A stretch of DNA of 64,000 bases, taken from Lepidodermella squamata (lineage: Eukaryota; Animalia; Gastrotricha). Shown piece after piece: positions 13,959-27,557 of the stretch; the stretch's first letter is position 1; every line of letters starts with the position of its first letter. The position numbers were made by a program, and so were the translations under genes. Location of the stretch: contig JBLDXI010000024.1 in NCBI GenBank assembly GCA_047495785.1, positions 930,001-994,000 on the forward strand, in the 5' to 3' direction. The notes under the pieces were generated by a model. That model saw only the letters and a program-made list of their open reading frames with translations, was not told where the DNA came from and did not search any database.

Positions 13959-15236
13959 TTAGCAGGGCTTGAAAGCAGGCCGGCCTGCAATGACCTTAGC
14001 CGAAGTCGACATGCGTGACGCAACGGCCTGGGTTGAGGCGGTTCGGCTAGCCACGGTTGAATGGCGAGTCAAACGCGTTCCAACGCTGTGATCGGCAAAT
14101 ATGTTGTCCAGTTGAATTTCGAGATCGTTCACTAGTTCACGGGTGAAACCTCGGGGGTCATGATCGCCGCCTTTCGTGACAAAGCCTTTCGGGAATAGGC
14201 GAAATGCCAGCTTAAGACCGCCGGTCATTAGGAAAATGTTGTCGTAGCCACGTTCGCACAGGGTTTTCGCCACCTGGGGCGCAACGTGTTCCTCATCGTC
14301 GTAAACAATGATAAGCTTGCCGGGCTTGTTACGCTGTAATACAAAGAGGAAAAAGGCTCGTTGAGTTACACGGATTTAAAAGGTCATTCATCGGCTTACA
14401 TATGCCAGCAGTTCTTTTGTCTCGTAATTGATCGAACGCGCCAGCATTGCACTTGGATAGTTGAAGGCCGTGATTATGTGAAACTTCTCGTAATCTTCCG
14501 GTGGGCGCACGTCGAGCAGCAGGTATGGACAAGGCGAGTCGTAACTCCAATTCCAGAGCGAGGCGGGAATCGGATTCTGCCTATTCATATCCATCTCACC
14601 AACGCCAACAACAACGCTATTTAAGAATACATTAGAATATCCAAAAAATAATGCAAAAGGGTTCAAGTACCTTTTGAAAGTAGGTTCTTTCGGAATGTCC
14701 CTAGTGCGCTTTCCGTACAACTCCAAAATCTCCTCATCAGCAGCTCGATCGGTGTTAGCAGTCCCTGGTCTTCCATTATTGTCATGGCTGTGAAAAACTT
14801 GTTCGCCCGATGCCGAGTTGGTTGGATACCGATCTACGTCTTCAACGTCTGACACTTGGATGATCTATGAACAAAATAGAAGCTAACATAAAAGGCAACA
14901 GCCGGCAGTTAAAAATTACCAATTGAACGAATGTTGTTACTTTCATTCTTCTATACAGTTCGTTCGGTCGGGTTTTAACATCTAAACAATAAAGCGATGT
15001 GAAAAGTTGATATCTGAGGTAATCGAACTTACTTTCTCCTTTACGCTCGATTCGGTCCATTTGCCTAGTGACACTGTCACCGGAGTCCACAGTTGCTTTG
15101 ATGTGATCGAACTTTGGATTTCTTGGTATCTTCTTCTGAAGAGGCTAAAATATGGAGGGTAATGATTACACAACAGAAATCTTTCAAGGATGGCGTTACT
15201 TACATCACCACGCCGAGAAGTACCGAAAGCCGACAT
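13959..15236 (-). CDS. CEP41: Centrosomal protein 41 kDa (rhodanese-like domain)
   Basis: KKIPRNPKFDHIKATVDSG, ELYRRMKVTTFVQL, CPYLLLDVR...YPSAMLAR, LCERGYDNIFLMTGGL all match CEP41/TSGA14. Short GT-AG introns. Confidence 0.92.
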
Positions 15237-17370
15237 ATTTCAGCTATGAATGAAAGTCTACATGGCAAAGTGATGGATTAGTTTTAAAGCAAATCGATCA
15301 TACAATACACCCTGGTTAGATGCCGCTTGGTTAAATAAGTACTGGTTATTCTAGCGTCATGGCTATCAGAGACCAGAAAAAAAGATATACAGCGGAGCGG
15401 CATCAGATCGGTTTGGACGAGTGCCAATCATACTAGCGGAGTAAAAATATCGAAGGCTTTGATTATGTTACGAATAATCAACAAGCAACCAAGCATTCAA
15501 ACACTAAATGAAGCCTCATTAGCATCGTTATCACAAACACCACGGAGAGTGGTCGCTATCGTGTGATTTGTTGAGCATTTCAAAAATAACTAAATGCATT
15601 TTGATAGAAGAACATAACTTTAAACGCTCTCATGATCGAGGGCTGATCGTCAGAATTGCTGGGTCCTTTAAAAGTTGCAGTACAGCAAAATCTCTGAAGA
15701 AATTTGGGGTGGATAGCTAACTATTCGCTTCAGATGTACTTGTAAAAGACCAAACTTATTTTGAGCATTGAATAAGCTCGTTGGCGGCCGGGCACTAACG
15801 ACCTTAAACGAGGACCCCTGCAAACCGACCTCCCGACCGCCTTCCTTTCATCCTGAAAATATATTTTCTCCCCGAGACGGCTGACATCTCAGCTGAGAAA
15901 AACAGATTACGGACAAATATCTCATCTCACATCTAGGCGGGGAAACATCGGCCGGAAAGAGCGAAAGAACAGATAGCGCGCGACTTGCCCTTTGAGCGCT
16001 AACGAACCTGCATTTTTCAGGTTTTTCAGGGCCGGCACATCCCTGGTAAAATAATGAGCAAGGGTATCGATTTCTAACTCATTTTTCTCAATTACGATCT
16101 CGGTGATCTGGGCATGTAAGTTTTTGTGTATCTGACAGATGAAGGGGGATGTCGATTTTTATGGATAAAGCGGCGAACAAGCGAATATCGTTAACTAGCG
16201 ACGTAGGACAAAGATCCAACGTAAATTCAGAGGGATTCGAAATGCATCTTTAGGCGGTGACAATGAAAATTAATGTCACGCCGCGTCGCTGACATGGCCA
16301 GTGTGACATGGTCGAACAAAACCGCAAGTCAAGAAACCGATTTACCAGCCTGCAAAGTACCAGTTTCGTTCAAAACAAACCGGCTGAAAATACCGCACAT
16401 GGTAAAAGAGGGTTAACAAAGATGAATGTGAATCGAGAGATGAGAGATGAATGGGAAGTTCGAAACCGCAAGAAAAGAGCGTCAGAGCGTTATCCTGTGA
16501 TTGTTTGCGCGCCAGTTGCCATTGACGACGCATTTTAATTCATTTTGGTAATTATTGTTATCAAAATTTATAAAAATGTATTATGTATATTTTTAATTTC
16601 TTTGAGTGAAGGTTGCTTTTATTCACGTGATCTGGTCAAGTTTATCGTTTTTTGCTCCAAGTTTTTGTCGCGACCCTTTGAACTCAAAGCGTTTTCCAAA
16701 TACTAAAAATAAACAAACTAAAAAACTGAATCATTTGCGCAGACCAAGTGCGTAGTGTGTCGTCATCCCGTCTGATCACATGATTATTTTGTCTGCGGTC
16801 ATTTAGTCGATTTGATGCTACCATGCCAAAGCCTCATTATTATTGTTTGACTTCCTATGACACTAGCTTTTTAAACAATCGTTAATAACATGACTCATTA
16901 TTCTCACTTTGGACTTTGCTCTCTTAATAAAGCGTTTGACTCTTTTGTTTGTATTTGTATTTCTCGGTTTTGTGTTCTTTCATGATGCGGAGATTCCGTT
17001 CCTTATGCCTTATGCAAATCATCATTCCCATATCCCATCTTCGATTGTGTAATTAATGTAACCAACAATGGACACCATTGAGTTCGCATTTTTGCGCTAT
17101 TCTGACATATCTTATCTATATTGATTTGTTATCTGTTCCCTGTTACTGTCCGTATTAACTTTTATTCCATGAGTGCATGACTAGGTCACTCAAAAGGTAG
17201 TCGATTAAGGTCATTTGAGCGAGATTGGTCTCTCTATCGGCGGGTGTGGATAGTTCCTATATGACTGCCGTTTCTTCAGAAACGTACTTGAGCTTTACTT
17301 TGAGTTCACTTGTAGTGCATATTTGTCTTTGCACTTTTCTTAGAGTAGTTTATAACCTTGGCTTATATGC

Positions 17371-18437
17371 ATGGGACACGATCACAAACGTGGACACCAG
17401 CGGCATCAAAAGCGCAAATGGGAGGTTTGTTGCAGCATTTTACTTTTTTTAGTTTATGAGTGACAACATTATTCGTAGGTTGTCAGCCATAGCTCACTAC
17501 CAGAATGGTTGAGGCGTAAAGCAAACGAGTTTCTTGTGAATGGACATCGTCCTGAGTTGAGTTCTTTCTCTGAGTGTTACAAATCAATTTTCTCGATCCA
17601 CTCGGAGACGGGGAATATATGGACTCATCTTATTGGTATTCTTAATATTACTTGAGTAATGTATGACTTGACGGCTACTTAATTCTTATTGGCAGGATGT
17701 TGGCTATTCATGTTCATAACGGCTTCGATAATTCTTAACCCTTCAGAAGCTCTTGCTCGAGAAGTAAAACTTTATGATCAGGTTGTATTCACCATTTATG
17801 GAATCGGCGCTGTATTGTGCCTGTCATTTTCTACCTTGTTTCACACATTCGCATGTCACTCGGAAAAAGTTGGAACCTTTTTTCAAAAGCTTGACTATTG
17901 CGGAATTGCAGTCATGATCATCGCATCGTTCATACCATGGCTATACTATACATTTCTGTGTCAGTTTTGGCCGAAAGTGTTATACATGGGAATTTGTGGT
18001 GTTCTTGGTCTTGGTTGCATATTCATATCACTACTTGATCGGTTCACTCCGTCTCACTACCGCGGCTTTCGTGCCAGTGAGTTTGCGTTCCACTCTCTTG
18101 ATTTCTAAGAGTTTATTTGTTCTCTTCCGCAGCGTTGTTCGTGGCTTTCGGTCTCTCTGGCGTGTTACCAGCATTACACTACGTGGTGACTGAGGGATTT
18201 TACAATGCTTTCTACGTCGCCGGTCTCCACTGGTTGATACTTATGGCATTTCTCTACATCCTGGGTGCCGTCATCTACGCACAACGATTTCCTGAGCGCT
18301 TCTGGCCGGGAAAGTTTGACTACTGGGGACAGAGTCATCAAATATTCCACATTCTTGTTATCGCCGCCGCCCTTGCTCACTATCACGGAGTTAAGATTGT
18401 ATCAGCAAACATGGCATCGACCACATCTTGTGCATGA
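17371..18437 (+). CDS. ADIPOR: Adiponectin receptor/PAQR class I, copy 1 (short N-terminus, 3 introns)
   Basis: ETGNIWTH, STLFH, KLDYCGI, PERFWPGKFDYWGQSHQIFH; seven TM segments. Confidence 0.9.
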
Positions 18438-18695
18438 CATTAGATATTTCAAATCTTAGATAAGATGACTGGTGCTTGTTCCCTGGTTATTGCTACTACT
18501 TTTTACAGGTGTGTAATTATTTTTACGTTGCGCCATCCGAAGAGTGTCAGCGTTTTACCTCTTCAACGATCCCCGAGTTTGCTGGTTTGCCCTAGCGTGT
18601 AATAGGCTAACGAAATTGCTTTCATCACTCAACAATATGTTTTATTTTTTATTAATATTTACGCCTTGTTGAATTATAGACTTTTATTGACTTTG

Positions 18696-19727
18696 ATGGG
18701 GCACAAACATCTAATTCAGCGCAAATGGGCGGTATGTTCAGCTGTATTTGATCTTTATTGGCTTTACATGAGGTTTTAAGTTGGTAAGCCACAGTGCTCT
18801 GCCATCTTGGCTTAGACACAAGGTCAACGAGTACATCCTTCATGGACATCGCCCCGAACTTCGTTCGTTTTCCGAGTGTGGTAAATCTATTTTCATGATA
18901 CACTCGGAAACCGGCAATATCTGGACTCATTTACTTGGTGAGTTTTGTTTGAATTTGTTTTTCGATTTTTTCTAACAGGTTGTAACAGGTTGTGCCCTTT
19001 TTGTGATGATAACTGCCGCGCTCATTCTCGACCCTGCGGACGTTCTTTCGCGACAAGTCAAGCTCAGCGATCAAACCGTTTTTGTGATTTATGGTCTCGG
19101 TGTCGTTTGTTGTTTGATGTTCTCGACCCTCTTCCACACGCTATGCTGCCATTCCGAAAAAGTCGAAAATTTCTTCCATCGACTCGATTACTGTGGAATT
19201 GCAGTGCTCATTATGGCTTCGTTCGTCCCCTGGCTTTATTACACCTTTTACTGTCAATGGTGGCCTAAAGTCATCTACATGACCGTTTGCATCGTGCTCG
19301 GAGTTGGTTGTATTTGCGTTTCGCTTATTGAACAATTTTCAACGTCTCAGTATCGCAGCTTTAGAGCAAGTAAGCTCCACCTTAATTTGCTAGAAAGAGA
19401 TTATTAAATTTGTCATTTTAAGGTATGTTCGTTGCCTTTGGCCTTTCTGGCGTTCTGCCAGCTCTGCACTACGTTATCGCCGAGGGTTGGCACAAGGCCA
19501 TTCACGTTGTTGCGATTCATTGGCTGATTCTGATGGCGTTCCTCTACATTTTCGGCGCATTCATCTACGCCAAGCGTATTCCGGAGCGTTTTTCGCCCGG
19601 AACTTTCGATCGATGGGGCCAGAGCCACCAAATCTTCCACATTCTCGTTGTTGCAGCCGCCCTTTCTCACTACCATGGCGTGAAAATCGTTTCGGCTAAC
19701 ATGGCTGCGATGGGTTCATGCCCATGA
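18696..19727 (+). CDS. ADIPOR: Adiponectin receptor/PAQR, copy 2 (short N-terminus, 3 introns)
   Basis: Same motifs and intron positions as copy 1. Confidence 0.9.
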
Positions 19728-20155
19728 AGTGACAACTGTTGTGATGTGAAGAGAAAAGATCGAAGATGAACTTATACCAATGGGTGTAAATTTAGGCGCG
19801 CGATATTTAAGGAGGATTTCTCGCTAAAATAATATTTTTTCAAAATGATGTTCGCACCTGGTGCAATATCTACCTCGAATTCTGATCTTAATTTAGATTG
19901 ACTTCCTTTTTTTGAGTATTCAAGAAAAAGCTCTCAATTTGAAATTAATGTTGCTTTCGTAATGAAGGAAATTTGATAATTTGCATAATTTCGCAGAATA
20001 TTTTCACAAATTGGAAATTTATATACCTCGTGCCATTGATATTTACCTATTGATACTGGTGTAATCTCTAAACTGCTAACAAATCTTCCCTATATATATA
20101 TAAAGTCTTCTATCGAATCGATTATATATATTGCCTATTTTTTTTTATAGATTTG

Positions 20156-21328
20156 ATGTCATTAACTAAAACAGATTTTATCAAAGCGATGTTGAGGAAC
20201 GGCGATGGCGAGAAGCCGTTCGCTGGCAAATTGGTGGATGACAATGAATTCGCGCCACATCTGGTTTGTCGCCGTCGATCTTCAGTGTCGACGCCGAAAC
20301 GACGTTTCAACATCGATCTCGACCCGACATCAGAATCCGACGGCGAGCTGGAAAAATTCACGCGAAACTCGCCATCATTTGCCCGAAAGACGTTCGAGCG
20401 ATTCAACCGCCGCGCTCACAAGGCCATGGACCAGGCTCAGGAAGCTTTCGAGCAGGTCGAAGACTACATCATGCACGTCTGGGACGTCGTCAGTCATCAC
20501 TCATTGCCGGACTGGTTGAAAGATAATGAATTTCTAGTATCGGGCCACCGACCTCAGTTGAACTCGTATGGCGAGTGTTTCAAATCGATTTTCCGGGTCC
20601 ACACCGAAACGGGCAACATTTGGACTCATTTGATCGGCTGTATCGCTTTCATCATAGTAACTGCTTACGTTTTGTTAGAACCTTCATCACCCGAGCTGCA
20701 GCCGGATGATAAGCTGGTATTCACGATTTATGGCATCGGTGCGATTCTATGCATGGGCTTTTCATGGCTCTTCCACACGTTGTATTGCCACTCGGAACCA
20801 GTGGGTAGACTGTTTAGCAAACTCGATTACTGCGGCATTTCAATCATGGTTATGGCCTCATTCGTCCCATGGGTCTACTACAGTTTCTATTGCGAAACTA
20901 CTCATAAAGTCGTGTATATGTCGATGACGATGCTGCTCGGCGTCGCTTGCATTTACGTTTCCCTGAAGGATAAGTTCTCAGAGGTTGCCTTCCGGCCGGT
21001 TCGGGCCGCGGTTTTCGTAGCATTTGGCAGTTCTGGCGTGATACCAACTGCTCATTTCGTGGCGAATCACGGCCTGCATCGCGCATTTGAAGACTCGCCC
21101 GTCGGCTGGCTGCTTCTCATGGCCGCGTTTTACCTATGCGGAGCGTTGATTTACGCCTACCGTGTGCCTGAACGCTTTTGGCCTGGAAAATTCGACTACT
21201 GGGGACAGTCGCATCAGATCTTCCATGTATTCGTCGTTGCGGCGGCTTTTGTTAATTACCATGCAATGAACCTGCTGAACAAAAACCTTGCTTCCATTAG
21301 CGAATGTGCCCTATCCGCAACCATATAG
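20156..21328 (+). CDS. ADIPOR: Adiponectin receptor/PAQR, copy 3 (intronless)
   Basis: Single ORF with LPDWLKDNEFL, ETGNIWTH, SWLFH, KLDY and HQIFH. The ATG at 20156 follows an acceptor-like TTTTATAG. Confidence 0.93.
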   Translation: MSLTKTDFIKAMLRNGDGEKPFAGKLVDDNEFAPHLVCRRRSSVSTPKRRFNIDLDPTSESDGELEKFTRNSPSFARKTFERFNRRAHKAMDQAQEAFEQVEDYIMHVWDVVSHHSLPDWLKDNEFLVSGHRPQLNSYGECFKSIFRVHTETGNIWTHLIGCIAFIIVTAYVLLEPSSPELQPDDKLVFTIYGIGAILCMGFSWLFHTLYCHSEPVGRLFSKLDYCGISIMVMASFVPWVYYSFYCETTHKVVYMSMTMLLGVACIYVSLKDKFSEVAFRPVRAAVFVAFGSSGVIPTAHFVANHGLHRAFEDSPVGWLLLMAAFYLCGALIYAYRVPERFWPGKFDYWGQSHQIFHVFVVAAAFVNYHAMNLLNKNLASISECALSATI

Positions 21329-21823
21329 AGATTTTGGTTGAAAACCACTTTAAACAAAACAAAAAAACTGACTTTTTCAATCACCGCTGCAAATTTAAGA
21401 TGTAAACACTCATTTCAAATTAAGGCTGATACGTGAGTGTTCAATCTGAACCTTCCCATCTGATTTTGCAGTAAATTTTGCTCCTTCGTGCCATCAGCTG
21501 CTGAAATAACTTGTTGCTCTAGATTATATTCTATAGTTTTAAAGAGATATTATTATTATGCAAAATAGTCGATTATTTTATTTTTTTGTTGACATGACAA
21601 CGGCTCCGTTTTTCAAAGCTTACATGTGTTATATGTGTTGTTGTAGGTTTACGTGCAACTGAATGACATTTATTATTAATATTTTTTTCTTTGATCGATT
21701 CATAATAAAAGAAGAAGAAGAAAAGCTGATCCCACATATTCTCCGGTGTATTCACCTCAAACATAAAAATCGAAAATATTTTAATTCGAATGTCTTATTG
21801 TAATTTTTTAGTGTTTTTATAAT

Positions 21824-23005
21824 ATGAATTCTGATCCTGGAGGGTTTGAGACAACTATGGATGCTAAAAATATGGACCATGAAGCTGAATATCGGCTGTC
21901 CGACAATGAACAACAACAACAACAACAAGGCGAGTCGAATGGAAGACTCAAGCATCGTAAGCCGTCGGCGACGAATGCGGCCGAGTGCGGCGCCGGTACA
22001 GAATGCGAATTCACGGGGTTCGCGAAAATGAAAGAACATATGCCACTATCTGCTCAGAAGGCGGTGGAAGAAATCGAGGACTTTGTCCACGGCATGTGGG
22101 ACATTGTCAGCCATCACTCGTTGCCAGACTGGCTCAAAGACAATGACTTCCTAGTCTCTGGCCACCGGCCGCAGCTTAACTCGTACTGGGCGTGCTTCAA
22201 GTCGATTTTCCGCATTCACACGGAGACCGGCAATATTTGGACGCATCTGCTCGGCTGCGTTCTATTCGTTTGCTTCGCCATCTACGGCCTGCTAAACCCG
22301 ACTATTGAAATGCAGTTCTACGACCATATGGTGTTTTTCATCTACTTCACCGGCGCCGTGTTGTGCCTCAGCTTCTCGTGGCTTTTCCACACATTCTGCT
22401 GCCACTCGCCATCGGTGGGGCGGCTATTCTCGAAGCTCGATTATTGCGGAATCTCGGCGATGGTCATGGCCTCTGTCATCCCATGGATCTACTACTGTTT
22501 CTATTGCGATCTGATGGCCAAGACCATCTACATTTCCGGTTGCCTTATTCTCGGTTCAACTTGCATCGCTGTCTCGCTAATTGACCGTTTCGCCGATGCG
22601 GCTTATCGTTCTGTTAGAGCAGGTGAAAAAAATCAATAATTTCTGAAAAAAATCCGCCTTAATAATTTTTTTCCAGGTTTATTTATTGCTTTTGGTTTGT
22701 GTGGCGCCGTCCCAGCTATTCACTACGCTTACAATCATGGATTTTATCGTGCCATCCATCACGGCTCGTTAGGCTGGCTGAGCTTGATGGCATTTTTGTA
22801 CATCGCCGGTGCCGTGATTTACGCCCTTCGCTTCCCCGAACGCCTTTGGCCTGGAAAATTCGACTACTGGGGCCAGTCGCATCAGATTTTCCACATTTGC
22901 GTCGTTCTAGCCGCGCTCATCCACTGCTACGGCGTCGCTAATGTTGCCAAGCATAACGTGCGACCTGATGCCTGCCTGCCGACCGCCACTGAGGCAGCTT
23001 CCTGA
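21824..23005 (+). CDS. ADIPOR: Adiponectin receptor/PAQR, copy 4 (1 intron, 22623-22677)
   Basis: Two exons carrying all PAQR motifs. Confidence 0.92.
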
Positions 23006-24072
23006 AACAAAACAGAACAGATAAAAATGATTTAAGAATGACTTTCGGTGTCTCACAGTGAACTTTTTATTTACAATGTTCGAAATCGATGAAAAAATAC
23101 GAAAATACCTATCGCGTGAAATCTTTGCTTGTAGCCGCGTTATTTTCATTCAAAGTGGCTTAAACAGGTAGCATACAAAAAAGAACAAAAATCGCACGCA
23201 CGTTTTACAACAAAATTATCCACCAGCCAACCATTTCTTTATATGTTGTCCGATGAGTGTGTTTTGCCTTGCGAGCTTTCCTTACGTGACCGTTTCAACT
23301 CGACGAATAAGATCTAGGCGTAGAATTACGATTAAGATCGGTATAGAATTCGTGTAGTTGAAACTGTATACAAAAAGCACAAATACTACTAGATGTCTAT
23401 CAGTCGGAGAAATAGGTGACGACGATCATGATGAAAGAATTACTGCTTAAGATTTACCTTCTCAAAATGAAATCGGGCGAAATTGCTTCTCTTTTGCTAA
23501 TAAACTTCTGAAATTATTCGAAAAAAAATACATATGATGCATCGTGTTGTGTTCGTTCATTTATTCTTGAGAAAAATTACGTTTAATTTAAAAAATCGTG
23601 GTCGAATCAACTTTTTCGATTGAACCCTGTTATATATCACGTATGTTATTATTATGATTATTACCCTGTTGATTTTGTTGATTGTCTTACAGTAAAAAAT
23701 ATCACTATTTTCTTTCGAATGCGAGTTATCGCACCCTAATTATTGATTCGCGGATCAGCTATACAAGAAAGGAAGATTCCATGATGATATGATACTTACA
23801 CACATTCATTCGTTCGTGGTGTTTTTGTGTCGAGTGTACGTGTGTTGCGTCAATTTTCAAGATTCATTTAGTTTTACTTTTACTACTACCAGGTTTACTG
23901 TATCATAAATTTGGATGGAAGGATGAATGAATGAATGAATATAATTGGTCAATCACTTTTGCGCGAGCCATTTCCTATAGTTTTTCTAGTATGTATTATG
24001 TTGTCGAACATATAAAAATATGTGTCTTGCAATTGTGTTTTTTTCTAATTTTTTAGTAATTTTAAAAAAATT

Positions 24073-25915
24073 ATGAAAGGCGACACTGCTCAGGATCCTG
24101 AGCAGAATGGCGGCGGAGATGGTTCAATTGCTTCAACGCCATCTACCCAGGCCACAAAACTGACTTCAACGAATTCCAATTTTTTCAACCCGAGTTCGCT
24201 AGGCGATGACATTTCGCCTGTTGAAGAAACTAATGTGGATGAGGTGAAGAAGCCGTTTTTGCGGAAAGTTCGCTTCTCCCACGAAATGTCTAGTCACAGA
24301 GCGGCGATGAGCGAATCAGATTCCGAGGCAGTCACGCCCAGCTCGGAAAGACCTGTATCAGGCATGGCCGGTTGTATGCCTGGCATGGTTGAAAAAGCCA
24401 TCGAAAGGGCTCATCGAGCCGTTGAACACGTTGAAGAATTCGTCTACGCCGTTTGGGGCGTTGTTGGCCACCATTCGCTACCGGAATGGCTGAAAGACAA
24501 CGACTTCTTGCTGTCTGGCCATAGGCCCCAGCTTAACTCCTACTGGGCGTGCTTCAAATCGATCTTTCGCATTCACACTGAAACCGGCAATATTTGGACT
24601 CATTTACTAGGTATTTTACGGAAATTTATTGAACAGAATATCTTCAAGCTGAACCAAAATTGAATAATTGGCAGAATTTAAGCGTTATTTATTTAAATTT
24701 CTGATAATTATTTAATTATTTAATTTGAATTAATTTTATTAAAATTTGGAAAATTTTTGGGCATAAAAGATCCAAATTTTGGTTCAGCTCATGGTAAAAA
24801 ATTTCAATGTCGGGCTAGATTTGATTTTTTTTAATTTTAGTTATTCTGATGAATAAGAAAAAATCTGAAATTAATCTAGAATTTGGCTGTTCTCATTATT
24901 TTTATCTTCACTGCCGTTGGAGGGTATTAGTTGAAAAATTACCAAATTTGGAATTTAAAATGACAATTTTTTCGTTTTATTTGAAAAAGCAAAATGCGAA
25001 ATTTATTAAGGAGGAATTTTTCAATTTTATTTAATTTTATATCAATTTTTTTTAAATTTAGGTTGCATCGCTTTCATTGGAATCGCTATTTATCTCGTCG
25101 TTAATCCTGCCCTGGAAATGCAGGCTCGAGACCGCTTAGTCTTCATTATATACTGCATCGGCGCTATTTTATGCCTCGGCTTTTCATGGCTTTTCCACAC
25201 TCTATATTGCCACTCGGAACCGGTCGGTAAACTGTTCAGCAAACTCGACTATTGCGGCATATCAGTCATGGTCATGGGTTCATTCGTACCCTGGCTTTAC
25301 TACTGTTTCTATTGCCAACTAGCGACGAAGTTGATCTACCTCAGCATTTGCATCGCCTTCGGCATCGCTTGTATAGTCGTGTCGCTGTGGGACCGCTTCA
25401 GCGACGCGTCTTTCCGCCCCGTGCGAGCAGGTTCGTTCTCATCTTATACCTACTCTAATTTTGTTTACTATATATTAGCTATATTGCGTTTTAATTAAAA
25501 ATGCAGCGCTTTTCATTGCGTTCGGCCTATCCGGTGTAGTCCCAGCTGTTCACTACGTGATAACAGACGGCTTCTACCGCGCCATCTACGTCGTCGGCAT
25601 GGGCTGGCTCGTTCTCATGGCGCTGTTGTACATTGGCGGCGCGGTTATTTACGCGCTGCGCGTGCCCGAACGCATCTGGCCCGGCAAGTTCGACATTTGG
25701 GTACGCGACCTTTTTAACCCCGTCGCGAATATTTCATATAAAACGTGACTTTTTTGTTCGTTCAGGGTCAATCGCATCAGATTTTCCACGTTTTCGTCAT
25801 CGCAGCTGCGTTCGTGCATTTTCACGGCATCACCATCGTCGCGTCTAACATGCTTCGATACGGCGACTGCCTCGATCAAACAGCCCACCTGAGCGCAATC
25901 GCACCTGCAGCTTGA
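24073..25915 (+). CDS. ADIPOR: Adiponectin receptor/PAQR, copy 5 (3 introns)
   Basis: Exons 24073-24611, 25062-25430, 25508-25700 and 25767-25915; all PAQR motifs present. Confidence 0.92.
24647..24790. repeat. 15-bp inverted repeat in an enlarged AT-rich intron (possible MITE remnant)
   Basis: AGCTGAACCAAAATT ... AATTTTGGTTCAGCT inside a 450-nt intron, where introns are otherwise about 50 nt. Confidence 0.4.
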
Positions 25916-27557
25916 ACATCATTTTCTATTTTGATCTTTAATAACAACAAAAAATGCGATGAAACGTTGAAAATTCGCAATCACTCTTTTCTATAAAAAA
26001 AATAACAATAATAATTAAGGCGGGGAGATGGAAGAAAACAACGGCTTTCATTATTTTGCATGGTATTTTCATTGTAACTGTTCTATGTCGTTCTAAAACA
26101 TGAAAAACATTGATGCGTGAAAAAATTATTGCTCTCTTTCTTTAGAAAAATTGTTGTTTTAGTCTGTTCGAATTCGTTTCCGAAGAAAAACGAATAAATT
26201 TCTGTTGATATGATCGGGTCGTGTTTTGAAACTTAGTTTTCTCGAGCGTTTAATTCACGTTTAACTGGTGGTTTCATAGTGTACCCGATTCGACTTTCCG
26301 GCGGTGTATAAAATTGTAATTTATAGTTTTGTTCGTGTCATGAAAATCCGGAATAAAAAATGTGCGATGTTTATAATCTGGCTTTTGTTTCTCGCAGTTC
26401 CGGACAATATCCCAATCTGGCGGTTTTTTTTTCGTTTTATCTGGAGCCGTTCTCACATCGCACTCTGTCTGGCTGCTGGCCTCGATAGCGCGCATTATCT
26501 TTTCCGCAAGCCACTCTATATAGTAATTCCTCATTTTTTTCGCCCGCCAACTGTAACTTCCCAAAGCAGCTGAAGCATAAACAAACACGAGGCAAAAATG
26601 GTCGAGTTTTTTTGGCCTAATGAACAAGTAGGCAGAGGTGCTGCCCTCTCATTTACTGCTATATGCGTGGCCCGGGCATTTATCATATAATATATAGAAA
26701 AAGTCTTCAGCCACACCGCCAAAAGGTAGGAAAAAACTACGTGCTGTAAACACGCACCTACGCCGTTGTATTTTTTACGGCACCAGTTGCGTGGTGGCGT
26801 GACATTTGCCTCTCTAATGATGCTGGAAGATTTTTTTGCCTTTTTATTATCAAACCACCCGGCGGCTGTTTTGGCTTCAACGCGCGCTGCTGGTCAGCGG
26901 TTTGCGTGCAAAACGAGATCAATTCGAGTGCGCACTCGGCACGAGCCACGCCAGCTGAGAAGAAATGAGCGCGGAAAAAAACGCAACTACTTTTGCAACG
27001 GCGTGGCTCGTCCGCCAGGGTGCGGATAATGACTTGAGCGGGCCCATAAAAAAAAAATTCAACCTGAAAAAAAACTTGGCACGTAATCATGCTACGGCGT
27101 GTTTTGACAGTCTTATCTGTCTGCTGTTTGTGTTTATTTGGCAGGGGACCGGAATTTAATTTGGCTCATCTCATGCGAATGTGATTCACGACGCGCAGCT
27201 GAAAAAAATATCACGCAAAAATAATTTCGAGTGACGAGACGAAAGACTAAATAACGTCAGCTGAGAACGAAAGCATCATACGCCTAAAAACCAAAAGGAA
27301 AAAACCAACAGCAGATACTAGGTATCGGCTCGGAAATAACATCAAAGCAAAAGCAGGGGATTAATCTCACGATATCGGTAGAATCCGAGTCGGCAACGGG
27401 AATGTAAAATTGAGTCATATTAAGCTCGCACTGATGCGCAAAAAACATCGGTTTCGGCTTAACTGTGAGCCGTATCAATACTTCCGCGAACTGCGATAAT
27501 TTCACGCTTTTACTCAGTAGTGAATATATTCTAAAAACCAGCGTATTTTAACTTGCA

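Noticed and set aside
26250-27500. Repeated ACGGCGTG-like words and short ORFs between ADIPOR5 and the BEN-like gene
   Set aside because: Too few and too short to call a repeat, gene or regulatory array.
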